Positions 27,348 to 37,911 of a stretch of 64,000 nt of DNA are shown here, piece after piece. Numbering within the stretch: position 1 is the first letter of the stretch; each line of letters begins with the position of its first letter. The translations under genes were made by a program, and so were the position numbers. The stretch covers positions 1,024,001-1,088,000 of the forward strand of contig OZ241875.1 of the NCBI GenBank assembly GCA_965203325.1, in the 5' to 3' direction. The notes under the pieces are model-generated. The model was not told where the DNA came from, searched no databases, and saw only the letters and a list, made by a program, of their open reading frames with translations. The stretch comes from a bacterium (GTDB lineage: Bacteria; UBA8248).

Positions 27348-29135
27348 TTACGACATGGTTTCCCCATTCGTTGCGCTTTTGATTTCTTCGGAAAGAGATA
27401 ATTCCTCGCTCACAAACTGCATTTCGTAGAGTCTCTGGTACAAGCCGCCTTGTTTCATCAAATCATCGTGCGTTCCCCTCTCCACGATCCGCCCCCCGTC
27501 GAGAACGATGATTGAATCGGCGTTTCGGACCGTGGAGAGCCTGTGAGCCACCACAAACGTGGTGCGGCCCTTCATCAAAGGCTCCAGAGCTTCTTGAATC
27601 AACTGCTCACTCTCCGTGTCGAGCGCGCTCGTGGCTTCATCGAGCAGCAAAATAGAAGGATCTCTCAAAATCGCGCGCGCAATGGCGATGCGCTGGCGTT
27701 CGCCGCCGGAGAGGCGTACTCCCTCCTCACCCAGCATGGTCTCATACCCATTATCAAGCTCCATAATGAAATCATGGGCGTTGGCCGCTTTCGCCGCCGA
27801 GATTATTTCGTCACGACTGACGGGTCTTTTCTCCCCATAGGCGATGTTGTTCGCCGCCGTATCATTGAACAGAATCACCTGCTGGGTCACCACGCCGATC
27901 TGGGCGCGCAGGCTGCTCAGTGAATACCGCGACGCCTCTTTCCCGTCGAAAGAGATACTCCCCCTGGCGGGCAGATAAAAACGCGGTATCAAGTCCAGCA
28001 ACGTACTTTTCCCCGCGCCGCTCATCCCCACAACAGCCAGCGTGCAGCCCGCCGGAACTTCTACGCTGATATCCTCGAGCGTCGCTTCGTCCGAATAGGA
28101 AAAATGCACGTCCTCGAATCTTATATTCCGGGCTAAACGCCCCATCTCTTCGCCATCGGGATTCTTGTCCTCAGGTGCATGCCCATCCAAGACCTCGAAT
28201 ACCGACTGGGCGCCCGCGATTCCTTCCACCAGGCTATGAAACACCCGTGTGAAGGATTTCAACGGGTTGTAAGCCATACCGAGGGCGACGGCGAAACTTA
28301 TCAGCTTTCCCGGGTCCATATTTCCAAAGATCACCGCCTGGGCGCCGAACCACAGAATGCCCGCTCCCATCAGACCACCGATGATTTCCACCATGGGCGG
28401 CGCCAGCGAGCGAACCCGCATGGCCCGCATAATCGTGTCGAAAAAAGAACGTGTGGCGCGCATGAAACGTCCTTCTTCCTCGACTTCGGTTCCAAACGCC
28501 TTCACGACGCGGACTCCCGCATAGGTTTCCTTCATCAGGTTGCTCATGTCCCCCATGCGCTCCTGACTCCTCCGCGTGATCCGGCGAATCTTCTCTCCCA
28601 TCGTCACGACCAGAATCGCCACCAGGGGAATGAGTACGACGAATATCAGCGCCATTTTGGGGCTCTGGTAAATCGCCACGCCGAGCAAAGCGATGAAGGT
28701 GAACCCATGGCGGAGCAGTTCCCGCACGGACTCCGTCGCCGCATGCTGCATCAAAGAGATGTCATATATGACTTTCGACATCAGCTCACCGGTCGTCTTC
28801 ACCTCGAAAAACCGAAGCGGCAAATTCAGGAGATGCCCGTGAAGCTCGTTTCTGACGTCCTTCACCACATGCTGACCGACCCAGAGCATGAAATAGTTCT
28901 GGCAATAAGCGGCGATGCCCTTCACCAGATAGACGACGACAAGGGAGAGGCAAATCAAAAAGACGATATCGGCTCGCTTCGAGATCAAAATATCATTGAT
29001 GACATGTTGAACGAGGTAGGCGGGATACGCATTCAGACCGCCCACAACGATGGTGCAGGCGACGGCGACGCCGAACCGAAACCGGTAGGGCCGCAAGTAT
29101 TTCAGAAGCCTAAGATATACCCGGGTGCGGCTCAT
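27348..29135 (-). CDS. msbA: Lipid A export ABC transporter (MsbA-like)
   Basis: TMD+NBD fusion; GMSGAGKST, LSGGERQR, LLLDEATSALD; LPS cluster context. Confidence 0.8.
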   Translation of the reverse strand: MSRTRVYLRLLKYLRPYRFRFGVAVACTIVVGGLNAYPAYLVQHVINDILISKRADIVFLICLSLVVVYLVKGIAAYCQNYFMLWVGQHVVKDVRNELHGHLLNLPLRFFEVKTTGELMSKVIYDISLMQHAATESVRELLRHGFTFIALLGVAIYQSPKMALIFVVLIPLVAILVVTMGEKIRRITRRSQERMGDMSNLMKETYAGVRVVKAFGTEVEEEGRFMRATRSFFDTIMRAMRVRSLAPPMVEIIGGLMGAGILWFGAQAVIFGNMDPGKLISFAVALGMAYNPLKSFTRVFHSLVEGIAGAQSVFEVLDGHAPEDKNPDGEEMGRLARNIRFEDVHFSYSDEATLEDISVEVPAGCTLAVVGMSGAGKSTLLDLIPRFYLPARGSISFDGKEASRYSLSSLRAQIGVVTQQVILFNDTAANNIAYGEKRPVSRDEIISAAKAANAHDFIMELDNGYETMLGEEGVRLSGGERQRIAIARAILRDPSILLLDEATSALDTESEQLIQEALEPLMKGRTTFVVAHRLSTVRNADSIIVLDGGRIVERGTHDDLMKQGGLYQRLYEMQFVSEELSLSEEIKSATNGETMS

Positions 29136-29339
29136 CTGGGATTCTCTTGTAAAAACATATCGGGCGTCATACGAGCCAACTCGAATGACGCGCCTGCCCG
29201 GCTCGCCCCGCTCCTCGGTTCGCGGTCCGGCCGGCCGATTGGCGGAATCTCTCGCCCGAGCCCACCAAGTGAGGCGGCCTCGGGGAGGAATCTCTTCTCC
29301 CGTCCGCCCATGCCCGAGAATGCTTCCGTATGAACAACG

Positions 29340-30203
29340 CTAAGGGCGTTCACGTCTTCGACACAGCTCCCACAAAAAGGCGGTGCGCATGAACACATAA
29401 TAAGCGGAGCCCGCAGATACCCATAACCCATTCACACCATCCAGAAGGCCCATCTTCAAGACGTAGCTTTTGAAAAAACGCCAAAGAGGCCGGATGACGA
29501 AATCGGCTATTCCGGGTTGCACCCCCCTGGAAGACAAATCCTCCGCCGATAACCTGGCGTATTTCACCTGTCTTTGGAAAAAATCGAAAAGCGAGTCATA
29601 GCTGTAGTGTTCCAAAGGAGACGAAAATACACCCACCCGCCCTTCCACCACCACGGATTCGTGAACGCTTTTCCCGTTAAACGCTCCGACATCGCGCCGG
29701 AATAACCGGATCTGGTAATCCGGCCAAAGGTCGCCGTGACGGAGCCAGCGACCGAAGAATATGTTCTTTCGGGGCACACGATACCCCTCTGCAGGAGCAT
29801 CGTCAGACAAAACGGAGAGAATTTCCTCGGCAAGTTCGGGACTTACGCATTCATCCGCATCCAGACTCAATATCCAGGAGTGGTTCGCTTTCGAGAGAGC
29901 GAAATTTTTCTGCGCCGCATATCCTTCCCAGGGATGCTGGATGAGCAGCGCGCCGCGTTTTCGGCATATTTCCTGCGTATCATCCGTACTGCCGGCGTCC
30001 ACGACGATAATCTCATCCGCCCAGGAAACGCTGTCGATACACGCGCCAATGCGTTCCGCCTCATTGTGGGCGATAATCGTGACGCTAATCGGTTCCCTGG
30101 CCGATTCGGAGACCGGCTCCTTTCCCGTATCGGCTTCGGCAGACGCTTCCGCCAAGCCGGACACTTTTCTAGCCCTTCCCCTGGGTTTTCTCCCACTCAT
30201 CAA
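29340..30203 (-). CDS. Glycosyltransferase family 2 (WaaE/KdtX-like)
   Basis: IIAHNEAE, VVDAGSTD, WILSLDADE, WPDYQIRLF; start uncertain. Confidence 0.9.
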   Translation of the reverse strand: MMSGRKPRGRARKVSGLAEASAEADTGKEPVSESAREPISVTIIAHNEAERIGACIDSVSWADEIIVVDAGSTDDTQEICRKRGALLIQHPWEGYAAQKNFALSKANHSWILSLDADECVSPELAEEILSVLSDDAPAEGYRVPRKNIFFGRWLRHGDLWPDYQIRLFRRDVGAFNGKSVHESVVVEGRVGVFSSPLEHYSYDSLFDFFQRQVKYARLSAEDLSSRGVQPGIADFVIRPLWRFFKSYVLKMGLLDGVNGLWVSAGSAYYVFMRTAFLWELCRRRERP

Positions 30204-30366
30204 GCGGGATGGCTTCGTCCACGAGCATGATGGGGATGCCGTCTTCGATTTTATAGACCAGCCCCGATTCCCGGGCGATCAAAAAATTCCCGTCCCCGCT
30301 CAATTCAAGGGGGGTCTTGGTGACGGGACACGCCAATATCTCCAACAACTCTTTGTCGACGCTCAT
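30169..30366 (-). CDS. Trm112/YcaR family protein
   Basis: LLEILACPVTK...YKIEDGIPIMLVDEA. Confidence 0.9.
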   Translation of the reverse strand: MSVDKELLEILACPVTKTPLELSGDGNFLIARESGLVYKIEDGIPIMLVDEAIPLDEWEKTQGKG

Positions 30367-30509
30367 CTTCCGCTTATCTCCAAATTTCAGTCAAAACGAT
30401 AAATTGACCAGAAACCATCAGGTCGTTCATCACATCTCGCCAAAAACGGAAACAGTGCCCGCTTCTTTCACGAGAAACTCTTTTAGTTTCGCATATTTCG
30501 CCATGTTTT

Positions 30510-31559
30510 TCATGGGGCCGACTGAAGCCGGTTCAGCGCATCAATCGCTTCTTCGACTTTCACGCGCTCGAGACACTCGATATCCGGACATTTTCTCGCG
30601 TAACAACCGCTGCAGGCGAGACGACGGTGCAAAACCAGATTCCCCTCTCCCCACGGGCCGTTTCTCACGGGTTCCGTGGGTCCCATGATCGCCAGACACT
30701 TAACCCCCATGGCTGCGGCGAGATGGAGGGGACCCGAGTCGCCGCCCACGAAGCAGGAACCACGCCGAATCAAGGCCATCATTTCGCGGACGCTCGTCGC
30801 TGGCGCGACAAAAGGCTCCGTTTTCATGGCGTCCGTCACCTCACCCACCATCTTTTCCTCTCCTGGGCCCCATATCAGGAGAGCGTCCCCCATGTCATTC
30901 TCTTGCCAGTGATCGGCGAGTTGCGCGAAACGGGCCGTGTGCCAGCGTTTCGTCACCCAACCGCCCCCGGGATGAATAACCAACAAGGGGCGGCCGTCTC
31001 GGCGCCCCAGGCTGTCCAAACAGTCTTCCGCCTTCTCCCTCTCTCCTTGCGTTTCATGAAGCGGAAAGCGGTATTGCTCCTTAGGCGGAACCGGCAAACC
31101 CAACGGCTTGAGAAGAGATAAATTCTTCTCCACTACGTGGTGGGGGTTTTCCGGGGGCAGTACGTGATGCGTCGTGAAGAGTACGTTCATCCCCTCTCGG
31201 CAAAAACGATGCTCGAACCCGATGCGAAGAGGCGCTCCCGACGCCCGTGCAAGAAAGCCGCTCTTGATCAGCCCCTGAGCGTCGAGCGCCACGTCGGCGT
31301 CTACGTTCCTGACCGCCAGCAAGTCGCGCCTAAGAGCAGCGAAACCGCCGGAGAGCACATTTTTCCGCCATGCCTTGGTATCGACTGTCAAGATTTCATC
31401 AATATCGGGATTTCCAAGAAGCACTTCTCGAGGGGCCGGTTCGACCGCCCAGGTGATATGGGAATCGGGCCGCGCATCCTTGATGGCTGCGGCCAGAGGG
31501 AGGGTATGAACGACGTCGCCTATCGCTCCCAGGCGGATGATGAGGAATCGCTCACCCAT
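30510..31559 (-). CDS. waaC: LPS heptosyltransferase (GT9, WaaC-like)
   Basis: IIRLGAIGDVVHTLP, DAQGLIKS, GGDSGPLHLAAA. Confidence 0.8.
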   Translation of the reverse strand: MGERFLIIRLGAIGDVVHTLPLAAAIKDARPDSHITWAVEPAPREVLLGNPDIDEILTVDTKAWRKNVLSGGFAALRRDLLAVRNVDADVALDAQGLIKSGFLARASGAPLRIGFEHRFCREGMNVLFTTHHVLPPENPHHVVEKNLSLLKPLGLPVPPKEQYRFPLHETQGEREKAEDCLDSLGRRDGRPLLVIHPGGGWVTKRWHTARFAQLADHWQENDMGDALLIWGPGEEKMVGEVTDAMKTEPFVAPATSVREMMALIRRGSCFVGGDSGPLHLAAAMGVKCLAIMGPTEPVRNGPWGEGNLVLHRRLACSGCYARKCPDIECLERVKVEEAIDALNRLQSAP

Positions 31560-31667
31560 CCGGGGCCGCTCTCCCGATGTTCTTGCCGTCTTCGCACAAT
31601 TTCTCCAGACCCTGATTCAGGGAATCCACTCGCATCCATTTACGCCGATAGTCTTTTTCCTGGATGC

Positions 31668-32660
31668 TCACGCGCTCTCCCCCTCGAACGTCGCCAGGAG
31701 TTCATGGGGCTCCACGACCGTCGTTCCCGCCTTCATCACCGCCAGGCCCGCCGCGCGATTCGCGATTTCCGCCGCCTCGCGCATCGAAGCGCCCGCAGCC
31801 AGTGAGAGCGTGAACGCGGCGATCACCGTATCCCCCGCCCCGGTCACGTCGAGCACCTGATCCGACCCGTAGATGGGGATATCCGTTCTTGGGGAATCTC
31901 CCTCAAAGAGACTCATCCCCTTGTCTCCCCGCGTGAGCAGGACCGCTCGGGCGCCTGTTGTTTCAAGCAAAGAAGCCCCAGCCTCGTCGAGACGCTCTTC
32001 ATCGGGCCAATACCCGAGCAACCCCGCCACCTCCTCCTCATTCGGCGTGATGGCCGTGACTCCCAGAAACGAATCCCCGGCATAGCGGCTGTCCACCGTA
32101 ACGATGATTTCGGTGGGCAATTTCCGAATCGCCTCTTTCACGCCTTTCGTCACGACGCCCAGGCCGTAGTCCGAGATCAAAAGTGCATCCAGACCGTCAT
32201 TCGCCATTCGCTCTAATTCACCAACGAGTTGAGATTCCAGCCTTTCACCCAAGTCCAGCTGCTTTTCGTGATCCACCCTGATCACCTGCTGGCGTTTGGT
32301 GTTTCGCCCTCCCGCCATGATGCGCGTCTTCGTGGGGGTGAGGCGCTCGGACTCCGCCAACAAAAGTCCGGTTTCGATTCGGCGTCTCTCCATCGCCCGG
32401 CGGAGTTTTTCGCCCGCCGCATCGGCTCCCAACGCGCCGATGGCCCGCACGTTCCCGCCCAGGGCCGCCGAGTTCATCGCCGCATTGCCCCCGCCCCCGG
32501 GAGCGATCTCGCGGCGGATGAAATCCAGAACAAGAACCGGCGCTTCCCGGCTGATGCGCGAGGTGGCGCCATGGATGAATTCATCCGCGATGAAATCTCC
32601 CAGCACGGCCATGCGGATGGACGGGAATCTTTTAATATATTCTTTGAGTGGAGACTTCAT
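31668..32660 (-). CDS. rfaE1: D-glycero-manno-heptose-7-phosphate kinase (RfaE domain I, PfkB family)
   Basis: RISREAPVLV, PGGGGN, ISDYGLG, ITPNEEE, DVTGAGDTV. Confidence 0.85.
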   Translation of the reverse strand: MKSPLKEYIKRFPSIRMAVLGDFIADEFIHGATSRISREAPVLVLDFIRREIAPGGGGNAAMNSAALGGNVRAIGALGADAAGEKLRRAMERRRIETGLLLAESERLTPTKTRIMAGGRNTKRQQVIRVDHEKQLDLGERLESQLVGELERMANDGLDALLISDYGLGVVTKGVKEAIRKLPTEIIVTVDSRYAGDSFLGVTAITPNEEEVAGLLGYWPDEERLDEAGASLLETTGARAVLLTRGDKGMSLFEGDSPRTDIPIYGSDQVLDVTGAGDTVIAAFTLSLAAGASMREAAEIANRAAGLAVMKAGTTVVEPHELLATFEGESA

Positions 32661-32661
32661 G

Positions 32662-33264
32662 TCAGTGATTCCCGCCCTCGTTCAAAATGATTTCCACCGC
32701 GTGATAGGCGTCTTCCGCCACGAAATCCGGTCGGCGGGGCCACTGCGCGCCGCGGAGCTCTCTTTCTCCCCGACCATACCCCGTGAGCACGAGGCCTGAT
32801 CTGCAACCCGCGCGCCAGCCTGCCTCCAAATCGGAATACTTGTCCCCCAGCATGATGGATTTTTCCAAATCGACGCCGTGCTCCTCCGCCGCCTTGAGAA
32901 TCATGCCGGGATAGGGTTTCCGCATCTTGGAGTCGAGCGCGTACGCGGGGACGTCTCCGTTCGGGACGTACGGGCAATAGTAGATGGCGTCGAGACGCGC
33001 GCCCTTGCCGCCCAGTTCGTCCCGGAGCTTGCGATGCACCTTTTCGATCATGGATTCGGAGAAGTAACCCCGCGCCACGCCGGCCTGATTCGTGATCAGG
33101 ATGGCGAGCCACCCCGCCTCGTTCACCTTGCGCACGGCCGCCGCCGCCCTGGGAAGCAGTTCATACACGTCGAGGTGGGTGACATAGCCCACGTCCCGGT
33201 TCAGGGTTCCGTCCCTGTCGAAAAATACCGCTGGTTTCTTTACGGCGCCTGCCTCAGTTTCCAT
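32662..33264 (-). CDS. gmhB: Heptose-1,7-bisphosphate phosphatase (HAD IIIA)
   Basis: FFDRDGTLN, ITNQAG, RKPYPGM, LGDK. Confidence 0.9.
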   Translation of the reverse strand: METEAGAVKKPAVFFDRDGTLNRDVGYVTHLDVYELLPRAAAAVRKVNEAGWLAILITNQAGVARGYFSESMIEKVHRKLRDELGGKGARLDAIYYCPYVPNGDVPAYALDSKMRKPYPGMILKAAEEHGVDLEKSIMLGDKYSDLEAGWRAGCRSGLVLTGYGRGERELRGAQWPRRPDFVAEDAYHAVEIILNEGGNH

Positions 33265-34336
33265 CTTTTGCGATCCTCAATTTTTCGTTCAACAACTCGA
33301 CGACCTCACTCGCCACCTCCTCGGGCGTAATCCGTTTCATGCAGTCGTGATGGCCGAGAGGACACGTTCTCGCGAAACACGGGCTGCAATCGAGAGCCTT
33401 GTGGATGACCCTGCTCCGAGGCCCTCTCGGGCCTGTTCGACGATAGTCCGTGGGTCCGAACAGCGCAATCGTCGGGGTTTTTACGAGTGCGGCCACATGC
33501 AGCGGACCCGTATCGCCGGAGATGAACACGTCCAGACGAGACAGCAGGGCGGGCAAGGTTTCCAGAGTATCCTTTCCGGCCAGATTCACCGCTCTCCCCC
33601 CGGACATCGCGTTCAATTGCCCGGTAAGTTCGATCTCATCCGGCCCGCCCAATATGAAGACCTGCCCTACCCCGCTATCCACGAGCCGGTGAATGAGTGT
33701 TTTGAAATGCTCCAGCGGCCACGTCTTGGACTCGCCGAAAAAGGCTCCGGGATGAATCCCTACCGAAAGCGTGCTGCTCATCGCACGATACGGGTTCAGC
33801 AGATTCTCCGCGAATTGTTGCGCTTCCGGTGTAATGCAGAAATCATCGACCTGCGCCCGGGTTTCATGTCCTTGCGCCTCAAGCAGATGGAGATATCGAT
33901 CCACCAAATGCGAAACATCCCGCGGAGGAGCCACCCGGTCGCTCAACAACCAGCCCCGGCTGTCGGTTCCATACCCGATTCGCCGCCTTGCTCCTATCCA
34001 TTTCGTCATCAGGGCCGCCCGAAAGCTGTTGGGCAGAATCCACGCATAATCCACCGTCTGGTTTCTTAATAATCTCCTTAAAGAAAACAAACCGGACCAT
34101 TTCCCCGCACCGAGCGGCAAGACCCGATCGATCCAGGGAAAACTGCGGAGCAACCCAAAAGTCCAGGGACCCGCCGCCGCCATCAGCTTCGCCCGTGGAT
34201 GCGCTCTTCTCAATGACGAAAAGAAAGGAGCGGACATGGCCGTGTCACCTATCCATGTGGGCGTCACTACGAGGTGCAACTCCTCCCGATGGGCATCGCC
34301 GGACAAACTCGATTCCTCCCCGATGCGTCTCCGCAC
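33254..34336 (-). CDS. waaF: LPS heptosyltransferase II (GT9)
   Basis: PTWIGD, LPNSFRAA, IHPGAFFGESKTWP, DTGPLHVAA, CSPCFARTCPLGHHDC; start uncertain. Confidence 0.85.
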   Translation of the reverse strand: MRRRIGEESSLSGDAHREELHLVVTPTWIGDTAMSAPFFSSLRRAHPRAKLMAAAGPWTFGLLRSFPWIDRVLPLGAGKWSGLFSLRRLLRNQTVDYAWILPNSFRAALMTKWIGARRRIGYGTDSRGWLLSDRVAPPRDVSHLVDRYLHLLEAQGHETRAQVDDFCITPEAQQFAENLLNPYRAMSSTLSVGIHPGAFFGESKTWPLEHFKTLIHRLVDSGVGQVFILGGPDEIELTGQLNAMSGGRAVNLAGKDTLETLPALLSRLDVFISGDTGPLHVAALVKTPTIALFGPTDYRRTGPRGPRSRVIHKALDCSPCFARTCPLGHHDCMKRITPEEVASEVVELLNEKLRIAKDGN

Positions 34337-34495
34337 CTTGAGTCACGGGGAAAAGCAACAAAAACCGCCCTTTTTTCAACGCTATCAACCGATGTGATGG
34401 GCGTCAATGAGCAGAAAAACACGTTTTGCATTCCGGTAAACGCTCATATAGTGTGATGTAAGCGTATCGAGCACCCGACTTCCAGAGGATTCCCT

Positions 34496-35713
34496 TTGAA
34501 GACATTGCACCGATATATCCTGGGCGAGTTGGTGTCCTATCTGCTCATCTCCTTGTTTTTCCTTACATTCGTGCTCCTGCTGCACAGAATGTTTCAATTC
34601 ACGGATTTGGTGGTGAACCGCGGAGTGCCAATTTCAATCGTGGCGCAATTTCTTTTCGCCGCATTGCCCGTCCTGCTCCTCATCACCCTGCCCATGTCCA
34701 CCCTTATCGCGAGCATCATGGCGTTCAGCCGCCTCTCGAGCGATAGCGAATCCCTGGCGATGACAGCCTCCGGCATGACCTTCTACTCTCAGCTCATCCC
34801 CGTGGGAGTGGTAGGGGTAGCCACCGCTCTCCTGAGCGGATCCCTCATGATGTTCGGGCTTTCCTGGAGTCAAAACACCACTTTGGAAGTCCGCCAACAG
34901 ATGCTCCACAGCCGAGTCGCAACATTCGATCTTCGAGAGCAGGTTTTTCATGACGGTTTCGATGGAATCATGTTCTACGTGCGAGAAATCGAATCGTCGG
35001 GCAAGGTGATGAAAGGCATCATGATTTCAGACACCACAGAGGCCGGGACGAACCGGGTTATCTTTGCCGATCGTGGCATGTTGTTCAAATCCTCATCATC
35101 CCCGAAAGTATGGCTGCGCCTCGTCAGGGGAACCGTCCATACGGTCAGCGACACGGAGAAGACCTCCGGCAAGAAAATCAGCGCGAATGACGGCTCTTCT
35201 CTCTCCGGAAACAACTATCAAATCACGCGCTTTGAGAGCCACGACCTCAATTTCGATCTCACGAAAACCATCGGCAAAACGAAAGCGCTTCGCAAAAGCC
35301 TGCGAGCTTTTCCTCTCGATGAGCTCAGAAACAAGTTAAAAGAACACGAGCCCGGAACGAGCAGGTACAACGCCGTTCTCGTGGAGTTGCACAAAAAATT
35401 CTCGGTGCCCTTCACCTGCCTCATTCTGGCTTTGCTGGGAGCACCCCTCGGCCTACAGAACAGACGCTCGGGACGCCACGGCGGCTTGGCCCTGAGTCTG
35501 GGTGTTCTGATCCTCTATTATTTGCTCGTCACCTTTGCCGAGGGCGTGGCGGAAAGCGGGCAAATCAGCGCCGCCGTCGCTGTCTGGAGTCCGAACATTT
35601 TATTGGCTCTCCTTGCGGGATACACGATACGAACCGCAGGGCTGCGCAACACTGTCGACATTTGGGGTCTGCTCCTCAAACCTTTCTCCCCCTTCATCCG
35701 AAGCAAATCATAA
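34496..35713 (+). CDS. lptF: LPS export permease LptF
   Basis: LHRYILGE, RLSSDSE, ELHKKFSVPF, AVWSPN. Confidence 0.9.
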   Translation: MKTLHRYILGELVSYLLISLFFLTFVLLLHRMFQFTDLVVNRGVPISIVAQFLFAALPVLLLITLPMSTLIASIMAFSRLSSDSESLAMTASGMTFYSQLIPVGVVGVATALLSGSLMMFGLSWSQNTTLEVRQQMLHSRVATFDLREQVFHDGFDGIMFYVREIESSGKVMKGIMISDTTEAGTNRVIFADRGMLFKSSSSPKVWLRLVRGTVHTVSDTEKTSGKKISANDGSSLSGNNYQITRFESHDLNFDLTKTIGKTKALRKSLRAFPLDELRNKLKEHEPGTSRYNAVLVELHKKFSVPFTCLILALLGAPLGLQNRRSGRHGGLALSLGVLILYYLLVTFAEGVAESGQISAAVAVWSPNILLALLAGYTIRTAGLRNTVDIWGLLLKPFSPFIRSKS

Positions 35714-35722
35714 ATTCCCGCC

Positions 35723-36811
35723 ATGACCATATTGAGCCGCTACATCCTCATGCAGTTTTTGAGAATGGTGTTTCTTTGTCAGTCGGGAGCCATCACCCTC
35801 TTCCTTACCGCGGAGTTTATCGAGCGCATCGATGATTTTATCGAAGAGAACGCGACCCTGGCCGACGCAACCCTGTATTTCCTATACAAGATACCCCATC
35901 TCGTTTTCCTCTCCGTTCCGCTCACCGTTCTGATGGCGAGCACGTTCACGCTGATTCTTTTCTCCAGAGAAAACGAGGTTCTCGCCATGCGCGCAGGGGG
36001 CCTGAGTCTCTACCGCATCATCGCGCCCATTCTCATCGCCAGTCTGGGAATCAGCCTCCTTACCTTCCTGGCGAATGAATACATCGTTCCATTCGCCAAC
36101 AAACGCGGAGAATACATTCGGCGGGTCAATATCCAAAAAACCGGCTTACGCACGCATGCCCAGAGAAACAAAATCTGGTATCGCTCGGAAAACAACACCA
36201 TCTGGCAAATCACGCACTATGATCCATCTTCGGAAAAAATGAGAGGCGTTACCCTGTACCGAATGGACCGGCAAAACCGCCTCACGCAACGCATCGATGC
36301 AGATGAGGTGGTTTGGCTTCCTGCAAAAGAACATTGGGAATTCCACAAAGGCGTGATCCACGACTTTGCGGGCGAGGGGAAAATCAAACAACAAACTTTC
36401 AAGAAGAAAATTTTGGGGCTTACGGAAAAACCGGAAGATTTCCAAAAAGCCGGCAGAAACCCGGAGACAATGAATTACCAGGAACTCGGCCGCTACATCG
36501 AAAACTTGCGCAAAAGCGGCGCGAACCCCACCCGCTACGTCGTAGATATGTGGGCTAAAATTTCTGCGCCGTTCATCAGCTTCGTATTGGCGATTGTGGG
36601 TGTGCCTTTTTCCATTCGAAGCAGCAGAAGCGGAGGAGTCGCCCTGGGGGTCGCCATCGCCATCGGAATCGGCGCCATCTATCTCGTTCTTTTCCATGCA
36701 AGCCTATCGTTCGGACATGCCGGACGCCTCCCACCCGTCCTGGCGGCCTGGGGGCCGAATGCGATTTTCCTGGCGGGAGGGGCTTATTTTCTCGCCTCCG
36801 TCAGGGGATAA
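35723..36811 (+). CDS. lptG: LPS export permease LptG
   Basis: ILSRYI, SRENEVLAMRAGG, LAAWGPN; follows lptF. Confidence 0.9.
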   Translation: MTILSRYILMQFLRMVFLCQSGAITLFLTAEFIERIDDFIEENATLADATLYFLYKIPHLVFLSVPLTVLMASTFTLILFSRENEVLAMRAGGLSLYRIIAPILIASLGISLLTFLANEYIVPFANKRGEYIRRVNIQKTGLRTHAQRNKIWYRSENNTIWQITHYDPSSEKMRGVTLYRMDRQNRLTQRIDADEVVWLPAKEHWEFHKGVIHDFAGEGKIKQQTFKKKILGLTEKPEDFQKAGRNPETMNYQELGRYIENLRKSGANPTRYVVDMWAKISAPFISFVLAIVGVPFSIRSSRSGGVALGVAIAIGIGAIYLVLFHASLSFGHAGRLPPVLAAWGPNAIFLAGGAYFLASVRG

Positions 36812-36825
36812 CGCGCCCACTCCCT

Positions 36826-37911
36826 TCAGGATGAAAATAGCTCTTTCTCGATCAAGGCGGATAAATTCATCTCTTCATCAATCTTCATCACCACGCGAAG
36901 GACGCGATGCGGCGCATTACTCAATAGAGGAGACAGCTTCACCGCATCCTTCTCCGTGGTGAGAATGAAATCGGCCCCGGTCTTCTGCATGGACGAAACG
37001 AGCCGCACGCCGTCCGCCAAAGCATAATGGGCATGATCGGGATATTCGTGATGCGCAATGACCTCGACATCCAGCGATTCGAGCATTTTCTCGAAACCAT
37101 GCGGATTCCCCAAGCCGCTGACGGCAACGACCCTGGCGCCCTTCAATTCATCCGGTGAACCCGTGTTCTCGCCTCGTGAATCCAAGAGCGCATCGGGCTC
37201 AAGGTGGCCCGTGAACACCGGGATATCCGGTATAAGAGACTGAATCTCCTCTCTCGTACGGCCGGCGCATTCGCCCGTCAGCAAAACGGCGTCTGCGCAA
37301 ATCAGGGCCGAAACCGGCTCCCGGAGAACACCTGCGGGAACCACCTTGCCGTTCCCAAAAGGAGAGTCTCCGCGCAATACCACCACGTCCATATCCCGGT
37401 GAAGCGCAAGGTGTTGAAACCCATCGTCGAGCACGACAACGTCCGCTCCGAATTCCTCGACCGCCTTCTTCGCCACAAAAGAACGCTCCGCACCCGTCAA
37501 CACGAGGAGGTCGGGATAGCGGCGGGCAAGCATCGCCGCCTCATCCGCGGCCGGTGGCGCGGTTATCAGGCTTCCCTTCCCATCGCCCACAACCATCACA
37601 TCCTTGGGTCTTCCGCCATAACCCCTGCTCACCACGGCGGGTTTCCGACCGTTCAAGATTAGTTTTTCCACCAGCCAGGCGACCGTGGGCGTTTTCCCCG
37701 TCCCCCCCAGGGCGAGGTTTCCAATCGAAACAACAGGTACGGGAATTTTCGAGACATTGGCTTTTTCGGCTTCATAACGCCGGCGCCGGTTCGTCATCGC
37801 AGCGCCATAGAGACTTCCCAGGGGGCCGAGGCTCTTCGCCAACATGCGGGACCATGCCGGGGACGCGGGGTCGCCCTCCCAGGCCTGCAGGACTGCGCGC
37901 CGAAAACTCAT
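36826..37911 (-). CDS. lpxK: Tetraacyldisaccharide 4'-kinase
   Basis: SIGNLALGGTGKTP, SRGYGG, LDDGFQH, TTEKDAVK. Confidence 0.95.
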   Translation of the reverse strand: MSFRRAVLQAWEGDPASPAWSRMLAKSLGPLGSLYGAAMTNRRRRYEAEKANVSKIPVPVVSIGNLALGGTGKTPTVAWLVEKLILNGRKPAVVSRGYGGRPKDVMVVGDGKGSLITAPPAADEAAMLARRYPDLLVLTGAERSFVAKKAVEEFGADVVVLDDGFQHLALHRDMDVVVLRGDSPFGNGKVVPAGVLREPVSALICADAVLLTGECAGRTREEIQSLIPDIPVFTGHLEPDALLDSRGENTGSPDELKGARVVAVSGLGNPHGFEKMLESLDVEVIAHHEYPDHAHYALADGVRLVSSMQKTGADFILTTEKDAVKLSPLLSNAPHRVLRVVMKIDEEMNLSALIEKELFSS

